DNA of 64,000 nucleotides, taken from Octopus vulgaris. Lineage: Eukaryota. A program made the translations under genes and the position numbers. Below are positions 43,926-57,806 of this stretch, piece after piece; the first letter of the stretch is position 1, and the number at the start of each line of letters is the position of its first letter. Below the pieces are notes generated by a model, which ran no database searches, was not told the origin of the DNA, and saw nothing but the letters and a program-made list of their open reading frames with translations. The DNA lies in the NCBI GenBank assembly GCA_951406725.2, contig OX597825.1, positions 74,400,001 through 74,464,000 on the forward strand. Direction: 5' to 3'.

Positions 43926-44448
43926 ACAAAATATTTTAATGGTCTACATCAAAGCAGTGATTTCTCAAACGGTTATTGTGCATACTCTTTGGTGATATAT
44001 ATTGGCGAAATATTTATTGAAATTGAAGACACCTTTAGCCTGAATAGATGAGTGTTTTAGATACAGCTCACACACTAGTCGGCCATCGACTCATATTTAT
44101 GAATGGAAGACTAGAATAAGAGAATAATGGATAATTTCATTTAATTGTTCAATTAAAGCATTGATTGATTGATTAATTGATTGACGCACTGATAGTTTGA
44201 TTGATGTATTGTTTGAAATGTATGTAGTAGAGTTTATTACCTCGGGCGCATATTTTACTGTCTCTGACATAGGCACATCTCCTCGGCCTAGTTCTATAGC
44301 CAGGAATTATTTAAAACTTGTCTGTGTGGTAAAGAAGCTCACTTTGCAACCACACTGTTTCAGTTTCAGTCCCCCTGTACAGCACTTTGGCAAGTGTATT
44401 CTATTTCTGCAGGCCAACCAATGCCGGAAATTTTGTGGAAATCCGTCG

Positions 44449-44490
<42 letters not shown>

Positions 44491-44549
44491 CAGGAAAAAT
44501 TGCAAACGGAGACAAACGCTCAAGATGTTATTAAATCATTTATATTTTC

Positions 44550-44643
44550 ATATCATCGTCATACGTTTCGACGGATGTATTTTGAATACATCCGACAGAA
44601 TGAATAATGATCAGCAATACATCAGTCTCATCAGTGAAGATAT
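44550..44643 (-). ncRNA. Minimal type I hammerhead ribozyme, intact core
   Basis: Minus strand: AUAUC-U-UCA (I) CUGAUGA GACUGAUGUAUU...AAUACAUCCGUC (II, 11/12 paired) GAAA CG UA | UGA-CGAU-GAUAU (I'); palindromic ACGU stem III. Confidence 0.7.
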
Positions 44644-44699
44644 AAACAACAGTGATCAACAAATAGACATTCTAACAGATATAAGAAACCACATAAAAT

Positions 44700-44748
<49 letters not shown>

Positions 44749-46477
44749 ATACGCATATGCAGACACGTACGCACATACACATCTACATATGTACACATCC
44801 ACACATAAGAATACATATATATACGCAAACATACATACATACGTACACACATACATATACTCACAGTACACACGTATAAACATACGCATACGTTCATAGA
44901 CGTCTACGAATACGTCTTTACACACAGACAGACGTACACATACACGCACACACAGAAGAGCATACACATGCCCAAAGCATATATACACCCAAACATATAA
45001 GTACATTCACAGAACCACACTTACATAAACACATACATAGTATATATACATTCAGGAACAAATACCGATATATACGCATATACATATATGGAAAGCTAAG
45101 TATTGAAAATGCCGTTAAAGAAATATACTTCATAGGGTGAGAGGAGAGAACGTATAGATAAATAGGGAGGGGTAAGGAGAAAACAAAGTTAAAATAAAGA
45201 GAGAAGAGAGAGGAATGGGCAAAATTTGATGGATGAAAGATGGGTAGAAAAGCTGAAATGTGAGGAACAAAGGTTATAGGAAGTAGGAATAAAGAATAAA
45301 GAAAAGAGAATTTACAGAAATTATTATTAAGGGATAGAAACTATTTAGTAAAAGCGGAAGAGTGTTTTTTTTCCAATGTGCACACCTGTAAACTCGCTTC
45401 ATAAACATGTTCACTAGTTATGTTTGCTAAAGGGGATAGAAAATTCCTCTTCCGTGCAGAGAGGACAGAAAGATATCCTTTATCATAGGGGAATGGTCTA
45501 GATAAAATTTTCCAATCTAAAGTAAAAAGTTTGTTAGATTCTTTAAGGTGCTAGATTATTTTACTAAGTCCTGTGGAATTGTATTTCAAGGTAGAAGAGT
45601 GGTTCGCCACTCTGGATTTCAAATGAGTCTACGTGGTCTCTAAGTTTGTTACAATAGTACCTAGGGTTAAACAATAACATAACCATTTGCTTAATTTTCT
45701 CCTGCCACATGGCTAAAATTTAAACCAGTTCATTATTGATGAATATTTTATGGACCACAGATTGATTAAAGATACTTTATAGTTCACTCCGAGCCGAGCC
45801 AGTTATGTAGTGATAGGGCACAGGGTAGAGAAACAACGTTTATCTAGCGTGTCTTATAATGCATGCAAATGTATCTTGGTTTCTATCTTCAGAAAATAGA
45901 TTGCAAAATAGCGTGAAACTGAATCGGTCCCAGTGGATACATAAATCTTTAATCGCAGAGAGATTAAGAAGAAAAATAATCCGCCTCTACGATTTGAAGT
46001 CGGAATGTAAAGGATCTTAAATATTAAATGGTATTTTGTTTCTTCTCATGCACAAGGTTAAATATTTTCATAATTCGTTGTAAACAAAACAAGTAGAGAT
46101 GCAAAGCAACATGAAATTCTTAATGTCTTAACATGATATAAAAATATATTTAAAAGTTTAAGATATAGATCTAAAGAAGTGATTAATCTGAAAAGATATT
46201 GTTTACTACACATAAAAAATTCGATATCACTTAATGCTTCAATTCTATTCTACCGAAATTATTAGAGAGGGAATAGATTAAAATATGTGCTATGGGAAAT
46301 AACAATTTCGAAATGCATAGATATATGAAGATGTGTATGCGTATGTATGCTTGTATGTAAATAAATGTATATATATATATATCATATACATATATACATA
46401 TGCATATACATATATATACATTTACATATATAAACATAGGTACATATATATATATAATATAAATAACATATATATGC

Positions 46478-46558
<81 letters not shown>

Positions 46559-46576
46559 TAGATAGATAGATAGATG

Positions 46577-46659
<83 letters not shown>

Positions 46660-46674
46660 GCATATATAGGTAGA

Positions 46675-46922
46675 AGACGTCCCAAAACGTAAACAGCATG
46701 AAATACGAACTTTTTTATTCGAACAACGAAACAAATGGTAAATAAAATAAGTAACAACAAGAACGACCCTTCATCAGTTGGCTGTTTATCTACTCCACAT
46801 TTCGAGCAATTACGACAAGATGTGCATTCGAGAAAACAGTTGCTCCCGCAAATCAAAATAAAATTTGGGATTTGCGGAGGGTCAAATTTGGTTACAAAAA
46901 CAGGACAGTGAAAAGAAACAGT
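46675..46922 (-). mobile_element. Dispersed repeat, second copy at about 57285-57567 (+); probable PLE pseudo-LTR
   Basis: Shared ttttcactgtcct.tttttgt...tttgaccctccgca...gagcaactgttttctcgaa...caactgatgaagggtcgttc; both copies end at microsatellites. Confidence 0.65.
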
Positions 46923-48982
46923 GGACTGGCGCAACGTGAAATATATTTCCTCACTTAAGGGCACAATACACTGCTAGGTATCGAACTCACAATCTTACGA
47001 TCTTGAGCCGACTACTCTAACCTCTTAGCCACGTGTCTTCAACCATACGTACATATAAACTTTATCACTATCACATACTTAATGTGTATGCATTGTTAAA
47101 CATTTGAGGTTTTGGTAGTTCAACCTCAAGAAAGTCCCTTTAAAGGCAGGGGTGAAAGAGAATTTTCTGTTAATCGGTGACGTATACTCACCTCACTTCC
47201 GAAAGCAATTCGAAATGCGAGCGAGAACAATATAAAGATGGCAGAAGTTTTATCAACTGATGTGTAAAATGGCTGCCGTTCACTTCTGGGTGAGTTTCGC
47301 TTAGTATACTTCAAAAAGTATACCGTATTTTATATTACTATAGCTCTTTAAAGGAACCTCTCTTAGATGAAGTACTACAGCTACAAGTGCGTAACCACAC
47401 ATATACACTATGTGATAATGATAATCTTTACTTTATTGGTCTCCTTCTAACTGAAAATTATAATTTTGTTCTACTTGTGCTGCGCTTTTGGACATCAGCA
47501 AATAGGTTTTATGCCACGTGTATATACTTCTGGCTGGCAGAATTATATACGCGTAGCGAGGCTTTAGTAGAAGACACTTCGTGTCCAATGTGCTGCGCAG
47601 TAGGAGTGAACCTGAAATCATTTGGGTTCGAAGCATGATGTTTAAACACGCAGCCATGCTAGGGTCTATTTTATTACTCTTTTTCAGTATTTCTGAATAG
47701 AACGGTATGGTTAAGATTCCTGTTTAAATTTACCTTCCGCCATATATGCAAATTTTGATATGCTTTTAGTGATTTTTGCTGCCACATACTTGCTTCAATG
47801 CTGCATGATTAATGGTTAGCTTTAATATAGTTGCTTTCTATGTTATAATAATTTTCCTGTCATAAGTTCATCTTGAGTTTCGTTTAAGACTGTATCAATT
47901 AAATACAGTTCTCTAACGAATGATGGCAGAAAAATGTTGATCTATTAAAAGCAAGAAGTGCTTAGCAGTATAAGAAAAAAAGAGGTGTAAATCATAAGTT
48001 AGCAGTTTCTCTGCTTGGTATTGCATAGCGATGGTTTATAGTTATAGTAGACATCTTTGAATTTATACTTGATTATAGGTGTGCTCTGTCAGGACTGATT
48101 TAGGATATGCAACAACATCAAATACAATAACATCGCATAGATATATGATCCCGAACATAAAGCCACAGAATCTGCAGGAACTGTATTTAGATTTTATCTA
48201 TTCATTTTCCTCTCTGGTATATGTGTTATCGACGCCATAGAGGTAAAAGATAGAGTTAGATCAGGCGAAATTTGAACAGAGAATGTAAAGATTCGACCAT
48301 ATATGATACATATAATATATGGTATCCCGCACCATTTACTTTGATGTCGTGTTATATTAGTCTTTATCAGAGACCTTTCTACGGGTATTAACCTTATTAA
48401 GCTGGTTAACCCTTTGCAAAGTTGGTGCATGAATCACAACAGATGTTTTAGAAGAAATATTCACAAACTACATCGAAATTTTGCAGATCGATTCGCCAAC
48501 TTGTCATGGTAACATAGTTACGTATTATCTGTCACCATAATCTAAATATATTACCGAATTATTGATCAATTGAATATATTTTAATGTCTTCCATTTTTAC
48601 ACTTCATTACTCTCTTTTCACATATTTTTGAAGAAATTATTGCAAGTATATTATTATCTACTTATTTTCTCTATAATTTGAAGCTAATATTCTTTTCGAA
48701 ATTCTTTCGAAAGTCAATGTTAAATCTACTGTGACATTTGTCATGTGGTTGCTTTAGTGGGTTTTTTTAAAATATATTTTTATATGAATGTTTAGCAAAA
48801 CTACCTTCAACATTTGCATTTTTCTCAATAAATAGTTTTAACTGCGAGGATATAATCCTTGAAACCTCTTCAAACATATAATGAAGTTTGACATTTCAAA
48901 AACACCGCAGGATATATTAAATCAGTTGTAAGAAATGGTCGGCAGATGGTGCAAACAAATAGAATGTAAGCATATATAATTG

Positions 48983-49019
<37 letters not shown>

Positions 49020-49034
49020 CTCTCTATCTATCTA

Positions 49035-49095
<61 letters not shown>

Positions 49096-49157
49096 AGAGA
49101 GAGCAAATTCAACAATAAAAAAGACAAAAAGCGATAACAAGATATAAATATATATAT

Positions 49158-49253
<96 letters not shown>

Positions 49254-49713
49254 TGGTGTGTGTGAGTGTGTGTGTGTGTGTGTATTGACATTCATGACAT
49301 CATCTGGAACATAAACGTTTAATTCAGATTTTTAAAGAAACGTATTAATATTTATGAGTTAACATAAAACAGATCATGTTAGAATATTTGAGGTTAAGAA
49401 GATTCTTTAAATATTCAGTCCCAGTCATGTTTCTCAGGATAAAATTATCGATCCTGCTCTGACGAAAGGACGTTAGAAGTATTTTAAATACTTATCTGCA
49501 ACTAATGTGTAAACAAAAAAGACCCCCTGCAGTCGATCGACCTACTAAATGCAATAACCAAAGCTGATCTTCCTGTCTTAAAGAAAGTTGCTTCACGTCT
49601 GACAATTTATTTCTGGTTTGACTATGTCTACGAAAATGACGTAAGGTTAATTGATTATGTGTCTTTGATTTTAAGATAATAAACCGAGTGCTTCAGTGTT
49701 CAGTTCCAATGAG

Positions 49714-50022
49714 TGAAGCCTCGTGGCTTAGTGGTTAGAGTATTCGTGATCGTAAGGCCGTGAGTTCGATTCCCGGCAGCGCTTTGGGTCCTTGAGCAAG
49801 ATACTTTATTTCACGTTACTACAGTCGATGAAGACGTCAAAATGAATTACTCGTAATTCAAAGAGCCACCCTTTTCACATTCTATATTCCCCTGAATTTC
49901 CCTGAGAACTACGTGAAGGGTATGCGTTTCTGTGGACTGCTCGCCACTTGCACGTTAATTTCATGAACAGTTCGTTCCGTTGATCGGATCAACAGGAACA
50001 CATAGCGTAACTGACAGAGTGA
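49714..50022 (+). mobile_element. Family D CORE-SINE with tRNA head
   Basis: tggcttagtggtt A box, gagttcgattcc B box, gtccttgagcaagatacttt CORE-like motif, family D tail. Confidence 0.8.
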
Positions 50023-51726
50023 CAGGCCTTGGTCGAGGGTTTTCACTTTGAGTAAGTGGCTCCTACAGCAATGTATGTGTATGTGTATGAATGTCTTTGC
50101 GTGTGAGAGTGTGACTATGTGTGTATGAGTGCGTGTGTGTTTTCATATTAGTACCGCCACCACTTGTCAACCAACGTTGGTTTATTCACGTTTCCGTAAC
50201 TTTATAAGTTCACAGAAAGAGCCGATAAAATTTGGACTAGTTTTAAAATAAGTACTGGACCCGATTTGTCTGACTACAACTTTCAAAGCACTGTGCTATC
50301 AGGGGCGCAATCCAATAGCTGAAACAAGTAAACGAAAAACGGTTTATATATGAAGTATAATATCTAAATATACTCCATTCAGTACAATATTGTAGGAAAT
50401 TATAAAAAAAAAATCTTACGATCATATAGCTGACACCCTAACCACTAAGCCACGCGCCTCAACCTAGGAAATTAGAGTGAAATGTTATTGATAACTGATG
50501 GGAAACAAACCAATATCATCCACATGATAATATATACATCACACTTCAGCGAAATAAGATTACTCGAAATTTCCGAGTGTAATCCCCTCTGGCGGTGGCA
50601 CTCCAAAAACAGCGAGAGGACACTTAGGTGTCATGATCTGAGTGTGCCCGGCTCCCTTACAGTTTAACGAACTAACAGACGGAAAGTTTCGCTTGATGGA
50701 AATCTTTCATCTGAAGACTTCTCCTGCTGTAACGAGGGTCTTAGTAGTTGTTTTGCTGAAGCTGACGGTGGGATGTGAACTGCAAGCTCCTCGATGGTTT
50801 GTCTGATATTTTATATTGATCAAACCAACTGAAATTCGTTTGTGTCTTAGATGTGCGATGTATCCTAAGGCAATGTGTTCGAATATTGTAGTAATTAAAA
50901 TAAGATCTATTTATCAAATAATGAATTGCAGAATGATTAATCACATCTATACAAACTGCTTAAAATGCTTATTCGTCCTCCGTGTTTCATCCATCATTGG
51001 TGGAGAGCAGATAATTGGCATTTATTGGATAAAACATATATTTTAAAGAGTTAATACCATTAGAAACAGAGATAAGTACAGGATGGATATGGCAGAGACA
51101 GAAAGCAGGCTTCCAACGTTTGATAACAAATTAATAAAATAATTAATAATAAAATGACAAAAATACAAAACACAATTTGAACTCATTAGTTATAGTTTCA
51201 TTTGGTCTTTGATTAAGTCTAATTAACTTTAATTAAATTTCCACAATGTTTCTTCCAATATCCCATATACGGAAGATGTGTAAATGAAGTGGATCAATCT
51301 TGGAAGTTTGAAAGTAAATTAAAAATTTTTAGTTACGAAGCGAATTTTCTGGATGAATCCACCTCGAGCCTAATTTTCATCAGTACATTCTAGATTTAAT
51401 TTTAAGCCATTAGAACTTGTATTAGTTTTAAAATAATTAAATTTGATAAATGGAATATTTATTGCTGTGTGTGAGAAGGAATTAATCTTGACTGAAACAT
51501 GACATTGTCAATTTCTTTAAATTATCTTCAAATTTCAAAGTTTATTTTGTTTCGCTTTTGTTATTATTATTTTTTTAATTAGATATGCATTTTGTGAAGA
51601 ATAGCCTCGTTGTGAGTATGGTCCAGTGTTTTGATCATCGCAGTTTCAATAGTGCAAGAGATAAGAATGAGTGTCCGTGTGTGTATGTGTGTGTGCGGGC
51701 GGGCGTGTTTCATCCGCAAACGCGCA

Positions 51727-51764
<38 letters not shown>

Positions 51765-51832
51765 ATGTGTGTGTGTGTGTGTGTCCTTCAGTTTAATGTT
51801 AAATTGTTTTATATTTATAAATTGATAAAACA

Positions 51833-51990
51833 TGCTGTGTGGTAAGAAACTTGCTTCCCAACAACATGGTTCCGGGTTCAGTCCCATTGCGTAGCACCGT
51901 GGGTATGTGTCTTCTGCTATAGACTCGAGTCGATCAAAACCTTGTAAGTGGATTAGGTAGTCGGAAACTGAAAGAAGCCCATCGTATATA
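51833..51990 (+). mobile_element. Family A SINE, 5' half
   Basis: Matches the family A head up to gaagccc.tcgtata. Confidence 0.8.
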
Positions 51991-52418
51991 CATAAGGTGG
52001 AACATAAAGATCTCCCACATTTGGAGGAGGCAACATGTGGACTTGAGTAAAAGTAGAGAGGCGGGGCAGGCTTCATTTGGAAGGCTAAGATTTGCCATTT
52101 TTGCATTCATTATTATTGTTTTAGGTTCTACCATTTTTGTATTCATCCTTAATTACTTAAAAACTTTGAAGGGAGACGTAAGGTCGCCAGCAAAATCACC
52201 AGATTTAAGCACTTGTGACTTTATTCCTTTGCAGTTACTTAAAGGAAAAAGTATTCCGACATTGTCCCGACTCTTGAGGATTTGAAAGAAAGGGTTCGTG
52301 AGGAAATCAACGCAATACCACCTGGGATGACACGGGAAGTCACGGGGAACTTCCGGGAACGCCAGCATCAATGTATTCCCAACAACAGCCGTCATTTACC
52401 TAATATAGTTTTTATGTA
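51991..52418 (+). pseudogene. Internally deleted mariner/rosa-type (WPARSPDL..CDFFLWG class) transposon
   Basis: 52166-52418 translates with frameshifts to LKGDVRSPAKSPDLSTCDF...YLKEK...TLEDLKERVREEINAIPPGMTREVTGNFRERQHQCIPNNSRHLPNIVFM*; TIR-like 5' end after TA. Confidence 0.75.
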
Positions 52419-52559
52419 ACTTTCAGGAACATAATACATTTTTCCTGGATGGTTGTGTTCTCTTTCTATATTGTTTTATTCTAACTTCTAAAGCTTACAA
52501 TTTTTTATTAGTTGATATTTATATGTTTCAGGTTCTATATGTGATTGTTTAATCATTCC

Positions 52560-53681
52560 ATGTACAAATGAAGCCTTGGAACTGTCTGAATTTCAAAGAA
52601 GCTATATTGTGGGTCAATCTGAAGCTGGACATCCTGCTTTCTACAGTTCATAGAGTGATGATTGTGCAATTCACCAGAGAGGAGAAGAAGTCCATATCAC
52701 ATCACCTAGGTTGACCAGGGCTCTCAGACAGGATCCTTCCCTTTGTTAAGAGAGGTATGGAGGATATTCCTCCTTGCAAGGCATCTGACATAGCAGAACA
52801 CGTTGATGTCAGTCCCAGAACAGCTGTCAGGCATCTCCGCAAACTTGATTACTATGGCAGAACAGCAAGAAGGAAGTCATTTCTTTGACCAGCCAATATC
52901 AAGCGGGGGAAAGATTGGGCCAGTGAGATGGTGGAGTGGCCACTAGCATTTTGGGACACGCTCATTTTCTCTAGTGAGTCCAGATTTACTGCATTTTCTG
53001 AGTGATCGGGCATGGGTCTAGAGACTCTATGATCAAGAATTTGACGTGAAAAGATTACAGTCAACAATGAAACATGGCAGCTATTCTGTGATGGTCGAGG
53101 AACAATTTGGAGCAATGGTCAATCAGATTTGGTGGAGTGTGAAGGAAACATAAACTCAGATAAGTATATGTCCCATGCATTTCAGAAAGGACTCCCTCCA
53201 ATCTTCTCCAGTGGTGAAATGATTAAAGAAAACTTTATTTACGGAAGATGGGGCTCGTTGTCACACGGCTAAAATGACCCAAAGTTTGTTGGATGAGAAT
53301 AGCATTAAAAATCTTCCATAGCCAAGCCGGTCACTAGATATGAATCCTATTGAACACCTCTGGGACGTAATGGACAGAACGCTTCATAAAAAGAACAAGA
53401 AAGCCTCTTCTAAACCAGATCTTTTGAGATTACTGCATGAAACTTGGCAAGAATTTCCTCAAGAGAATATTCGTCATCTGCTCGTTAACATGCCTAATAT
53501 GATTCTAGCATTGAAAAATACAAGGGACATGTCTACTATTAAATACTCATGTCCACTATTAAATACATGTCTACTATTAAGTACTCACATTATATCACAA
53601 TTAAATAATTTGAATATGTAATTTCAGATTTAAATAACTTTGAACGATTATAGGGATGTCTACTTCTGTCATGGCTGTGTA
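52560..53681 (+). pseudogene. Tc1-like (DD34E) transposase pseudogene with putative 3' TIR
   Basis: ELSEFQRSYIVG (N-terminal HTH), GRTARRK, WDTLIFSSESRF, TMKHGSYSVMV, FTEDGARCH and SRSLDMNPIEHLW motifs in order, with stops and frameshifts; ends ...gtcatggctgtg-TA at 53679-53681. Confidence 0.9.
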
Positions 53682-54116
53682 TTTATAACAAGGTGTAGCC
53701 TTCTCACAATTTGCTAACCTGAAATTTCACTCACAGAGTATTAGCCGAACATAAGTTGTTGTTTGTAGTGAGATGGAACCCGGTAAAATATGCCTTAGTA
53801 ACTATCTTCTTGACCATAAATTCATACTACTGCATACAAACGGAAGAAACATAAAAATAAAGGACATGAGTCTATTCGAATTTCCAATTCTGCTAATTGC
53901 TAATCTTTCTTAAAATGAGATTTTAACTTGATAGTAACGGAACATGAAGGAAATTGAAATTTCCCCCAAATTGACAATTTCACAACGCAATTATGTAATA
54001 ATTATTGGAAAGTTTTCCTTCGAAATTTCGCTTTATTGATTATCTCTTTAGTATTCGTTAGTTTGATCTCGATGTAGCGTTCGTTTTTTCCAAGTTCCTT
54101 ATAATGTAATAAACCC

Positions 54117-54172
<56 letters not shown>

Positions 54173-54614
54173 TGTGTGTAAAAACTTATCCAACACAGTC
54201 ACAAGTTCAGTTAAAAGGATAATTCAAGCATTTTATATAAAAAAAATCTGTAATTTTAATTCATTTAAATGTTCCAATCCAGAGAGTCTGAACATACTAG
54301 GACACTGCTATTTAATTTAATTTAATTTAATTTAATTTAATTTAATTTAATTTTTTTACAGAAACCACGTTAAGGGCGTAAATCCATTAAAGTCTTGCGT
54401 TTAGTTAGTTTCAAATTAATAGCTTAGTATTATGATAACTAGCTTGTACTAAACACCAAAACCTTGTGCCATTTATCTTCCGTTATAGCCAATGCTTTAC
54501 TCATGTTTTATAAGGGAAATACAATAATTGGCATGCGGGAGTGGAAGTTATATATACATGTTTTCTGGAACGAGGTATCTCAAAGCAGATAAAAGTATAA
54601 TAATGTGTAAATGC

Positions 54615-54906
54615 AACCCGCCCCCATCCGGTCACGAATGACCATGCACAAGTCGGGGCATAGTTGTTTGTGGAAGACCAGCAATCGCCCATGCATACCA
54701 GTCTCCGATCTCCATGCCACCGATGTTGCCAAGGGACAAGCAAATGTTGATGCAGAATGGCACAAGTGACGTCGTGACTCATTTTTACAGGTGAGTGAAA
54801 TGGAGCAACGTAAAAATAAAGTGTCTTGCTCGAGAACACTACATACAACCCGGTCCGGGAATCGAACTCACAACACCACGGTTGTAAGTCCGACGCTCTA
54901 ACCACT
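54615..54906 (-). mobile_element. CORE-type SINE head with a different 3' tail
   Basis: Minus strand gtggttagagcgtcggac...gagttcgattcc...ttctcgagcaagacacttt; tail unlike family D. Confidence 0.7.
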
Positions 54907-55804
54907 GCAAAAAATGGGTTACAGATAATAATTTGAATGGAAAATGTCTGAGGCTGCTTAGAAGGTTTAAACCCATGTCGCCTATAAACATGACATACGC
55001 TCTACTATTGGATCAAGAGAGTTCTTGAAATGTTTCTATCCACTCCATTTTAGAAACGTTATTCTTACCAGCGAGAATTGTATGCTTTCGACATCACAAG
55101 AATTTCTGAGCTTCGAGAGAAAGCGAAATAATACCGTACAAAGCAGATTCGTACGCCTGCATTCAAATATTTGTACGTATAGATCCAAGATATGTCAGTT
55201 TTAAAATCCCTCCACGACATCCACGTGTATATTATTAGAATAGCCAAGCAGTGAATGCTATTCCGGTCAGGAGTAAAAATAATTAAATTATTTAATTCTA
55301 TTTATTAATTCATTATAGAATATAAGTATAGAAATCACGTTAATGATTTTTATCAGGTAGTCATCATGCTATAAAAATGTATAGGTAATTTATACATTAA
55401 ATTAATAATAAAATACAAATGTATATAATGATATTAAGGGAGAAAGGGTGGAAACGACCTAACTCTAACATGCGTAAAGTGCCGAGACCTGTATGTAGGC
55501 GTGTGAACTTGCTTTGCACGGTATTTGTATTTATATTGCCCGTGTATTGTGCTGACGAAGGAAAAAAGCTTGTTCTTTGGTTTTAGTCCAGAAATTGGAG
55601 CCAAATCACTATTAAAGTGAGTTCTTTTTAATTTTTTAATATTCTTTCAATTGCACACTTCAATAGCACACTTTCAGTGTATATTTAATATGCAGTTTGG
55701 GGTAGTTTTTTGAAGGTCTCAGCACTTGAAGCATGTTGGAGTTAGGACATTTTACCCCTTGGCATAATTATATACATATGTATATTATTATATATATATA
55801 TATA

Positions 55805-55985
55805 TGAACAAAGACAAAACACAACAACGCGAGACGTGGAACAAGTATAGTCTTATTGGACGCTCGGGAAAGGAAAGAATGAAGGAGGATTTAACGTTTC
55901 GAACGAAGCACTTCGCTAGAAACATTGAAAAAGGAAAGGTTCAAGGAAGGGAAGACGGAGAAAGAAAATCGCCAACGATACACAC
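55805..55985 (-). mobile_element. PLE pseudo-LTR-like fragment with degenerate hammerhead (55891-55920)
   Basis: Minus strand ctagcga-a-gtgc-ttc-gttc-GAAA-CG-TT; downstream ttcccgagcgtc as in the 40938 copy; abuts a TA tract. Confidence 0.5.
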
Positions 55986-56308
55986 ATAATTTAGCGGGTA
56001 ACAGGACCAAAAGAGTTTTGTTACTCAAACTTTACTCAAAGATGCCTGGTGAGGCATATTAGATCTACTAAACAGTTCAAGGTGATGCCAGTATAGCTCC
56101 AGTGGCATAAACATAGAATAAGAGAATAAACGAATGCATAGGATACTCTGTTCTTTTGTTACTACACACACATAAATTCATAAGTGCATACACACACAAA
56201 CATAAGCACATATATGTACAGAGTGCTATACAAACATGTATTCATACATTCATATACATGTACATACATAAATATATCTAATATCTATTTATACACACAC
56301 ATAAGCAC

Positions 56309-56344
<36 letters not shown>

Positions 56345-56805
56345 ATATACATATAGCTACATATACATACATAAATGCATATATATATGTATACAGGTAT
56401 ATATGAATATACGTATATACGTATATGTGTGTATGCATATTGTAAGTATATATGTTCGTATATATATATTAAATATATTAATACATTATTCTAACATCCT
56501 AGTCTACACACTCCTTACTATTTCGAGATAAATCATTGGCTAGATTAGTGAGAGCAGAAATGTAGAATGCATATCATTTGGAAGCTTGTAATGAGATCAT
56601 AGGAGATAAGAGCAAATTTACACGTCAGTAGAATTTTATCAGATTTGCAAGTAATACTTGGTGTATGTGCACCTGACATTATTCTTAACGTAGGATCACA
56701 CATGTTCCAGTGAACATGTTTATACATTTATAAATGTTCTTGCAATTTTGATATATATCTATCTGTTTTGTTTGTGTACGTGTTTCTGTTTGATCGTATA
56801 CATGC

Positions 56806-56836
<31 letters not shown>

Positions 56837-57639
56837 CACTTGGAAAAAGAATCGTAGCATTCAACCATATAATGATATCTTAATAATTCTGATACGACTC
56901 TATCCTTCCTATTACTCTTTCGTTTTTTCTCTCTTCCTTTCTCTTATTCTCTTACCTCCTCTTCTTCCACTATTCTATCCGTTTACTCTATCGTTTTCTC
57001 TCTTCCTTCCTCTTATTTTTTTACCTCCCCTTCTCCCATCTTTTTATCTCTGTTATACTATCTACAATTCTTTTCTTCTCCCCTTCACAGTTCTCTGTCA
57101 CTCTCTCTCCCTCACTCTTCTTCCTTTGCTCACGTGGCTCCCACGTGACCATCGGCCAATTTTCTTTCTTTCCTCCTGTTGAAGCCTGACAAGGAAGACG
57201 TATTTTTGTCTGTCTCCTGTCCAAGCTTGTTTCTTCACTTTCGCCACCACAACCCCCTTTAGGTTCAGCATGCCCTTCCTGTTGTTTTCACTGTCCTATT
57301 TTTGTCACGAATTTTGACCCTCCGCAGAATCTCAAATTTTATTTAATTTTGCTTTGTGAGAGCAACTGTTTTCTCGAAGCGTATCTTGTCGTGAAATTCT
57401 CGAAATACGGATAAGAAAAACAGTCGACAACTGATGAAGGGTCGTTCTTTGCGTTGTTTGCCTTGTTTTCCATTTGTTTCTTTCGTTGCTCGCAAAGAAT
57501 GTTCATATTCCATGACCTTGTACTTCTTATTTTTTGTAGTTCATGTTTTGTGACTTCCTGTGCCCACATATGCATATGTATATACATATGCGTATGTATA
57601 TATGCATATATATTTATTATTTATTTATACATACATACA

Positions 57640-57694
<55 letters not shown>

Positions 57695-57806
57695 AGGGAA
57701 TAAATCCAAATTTACAGGGAAAAATCAGATTTAGGATTGAATCCAATTTTATAGTAAAATATTATATTATATTAAATTAGTTTAAAACTCGCCAAGAAGG
57801 TTTTGA

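Noticed and set aside
44104-44114. TGGAAGACTAG, the first 11 nt of miR-7
   Set aside because: The match stops there and there is no precursor hairpin
50560-50830. GC-richer stretch with short protein-like frames on the minus strand
   Set aside because: The frames are closed by stops and I recognise no motif
54310-54352. (TTTAA)n run and short tandem duplications at about 9207, 22328, 29995 and 59597
   Set aside because: Ordinary slippage products
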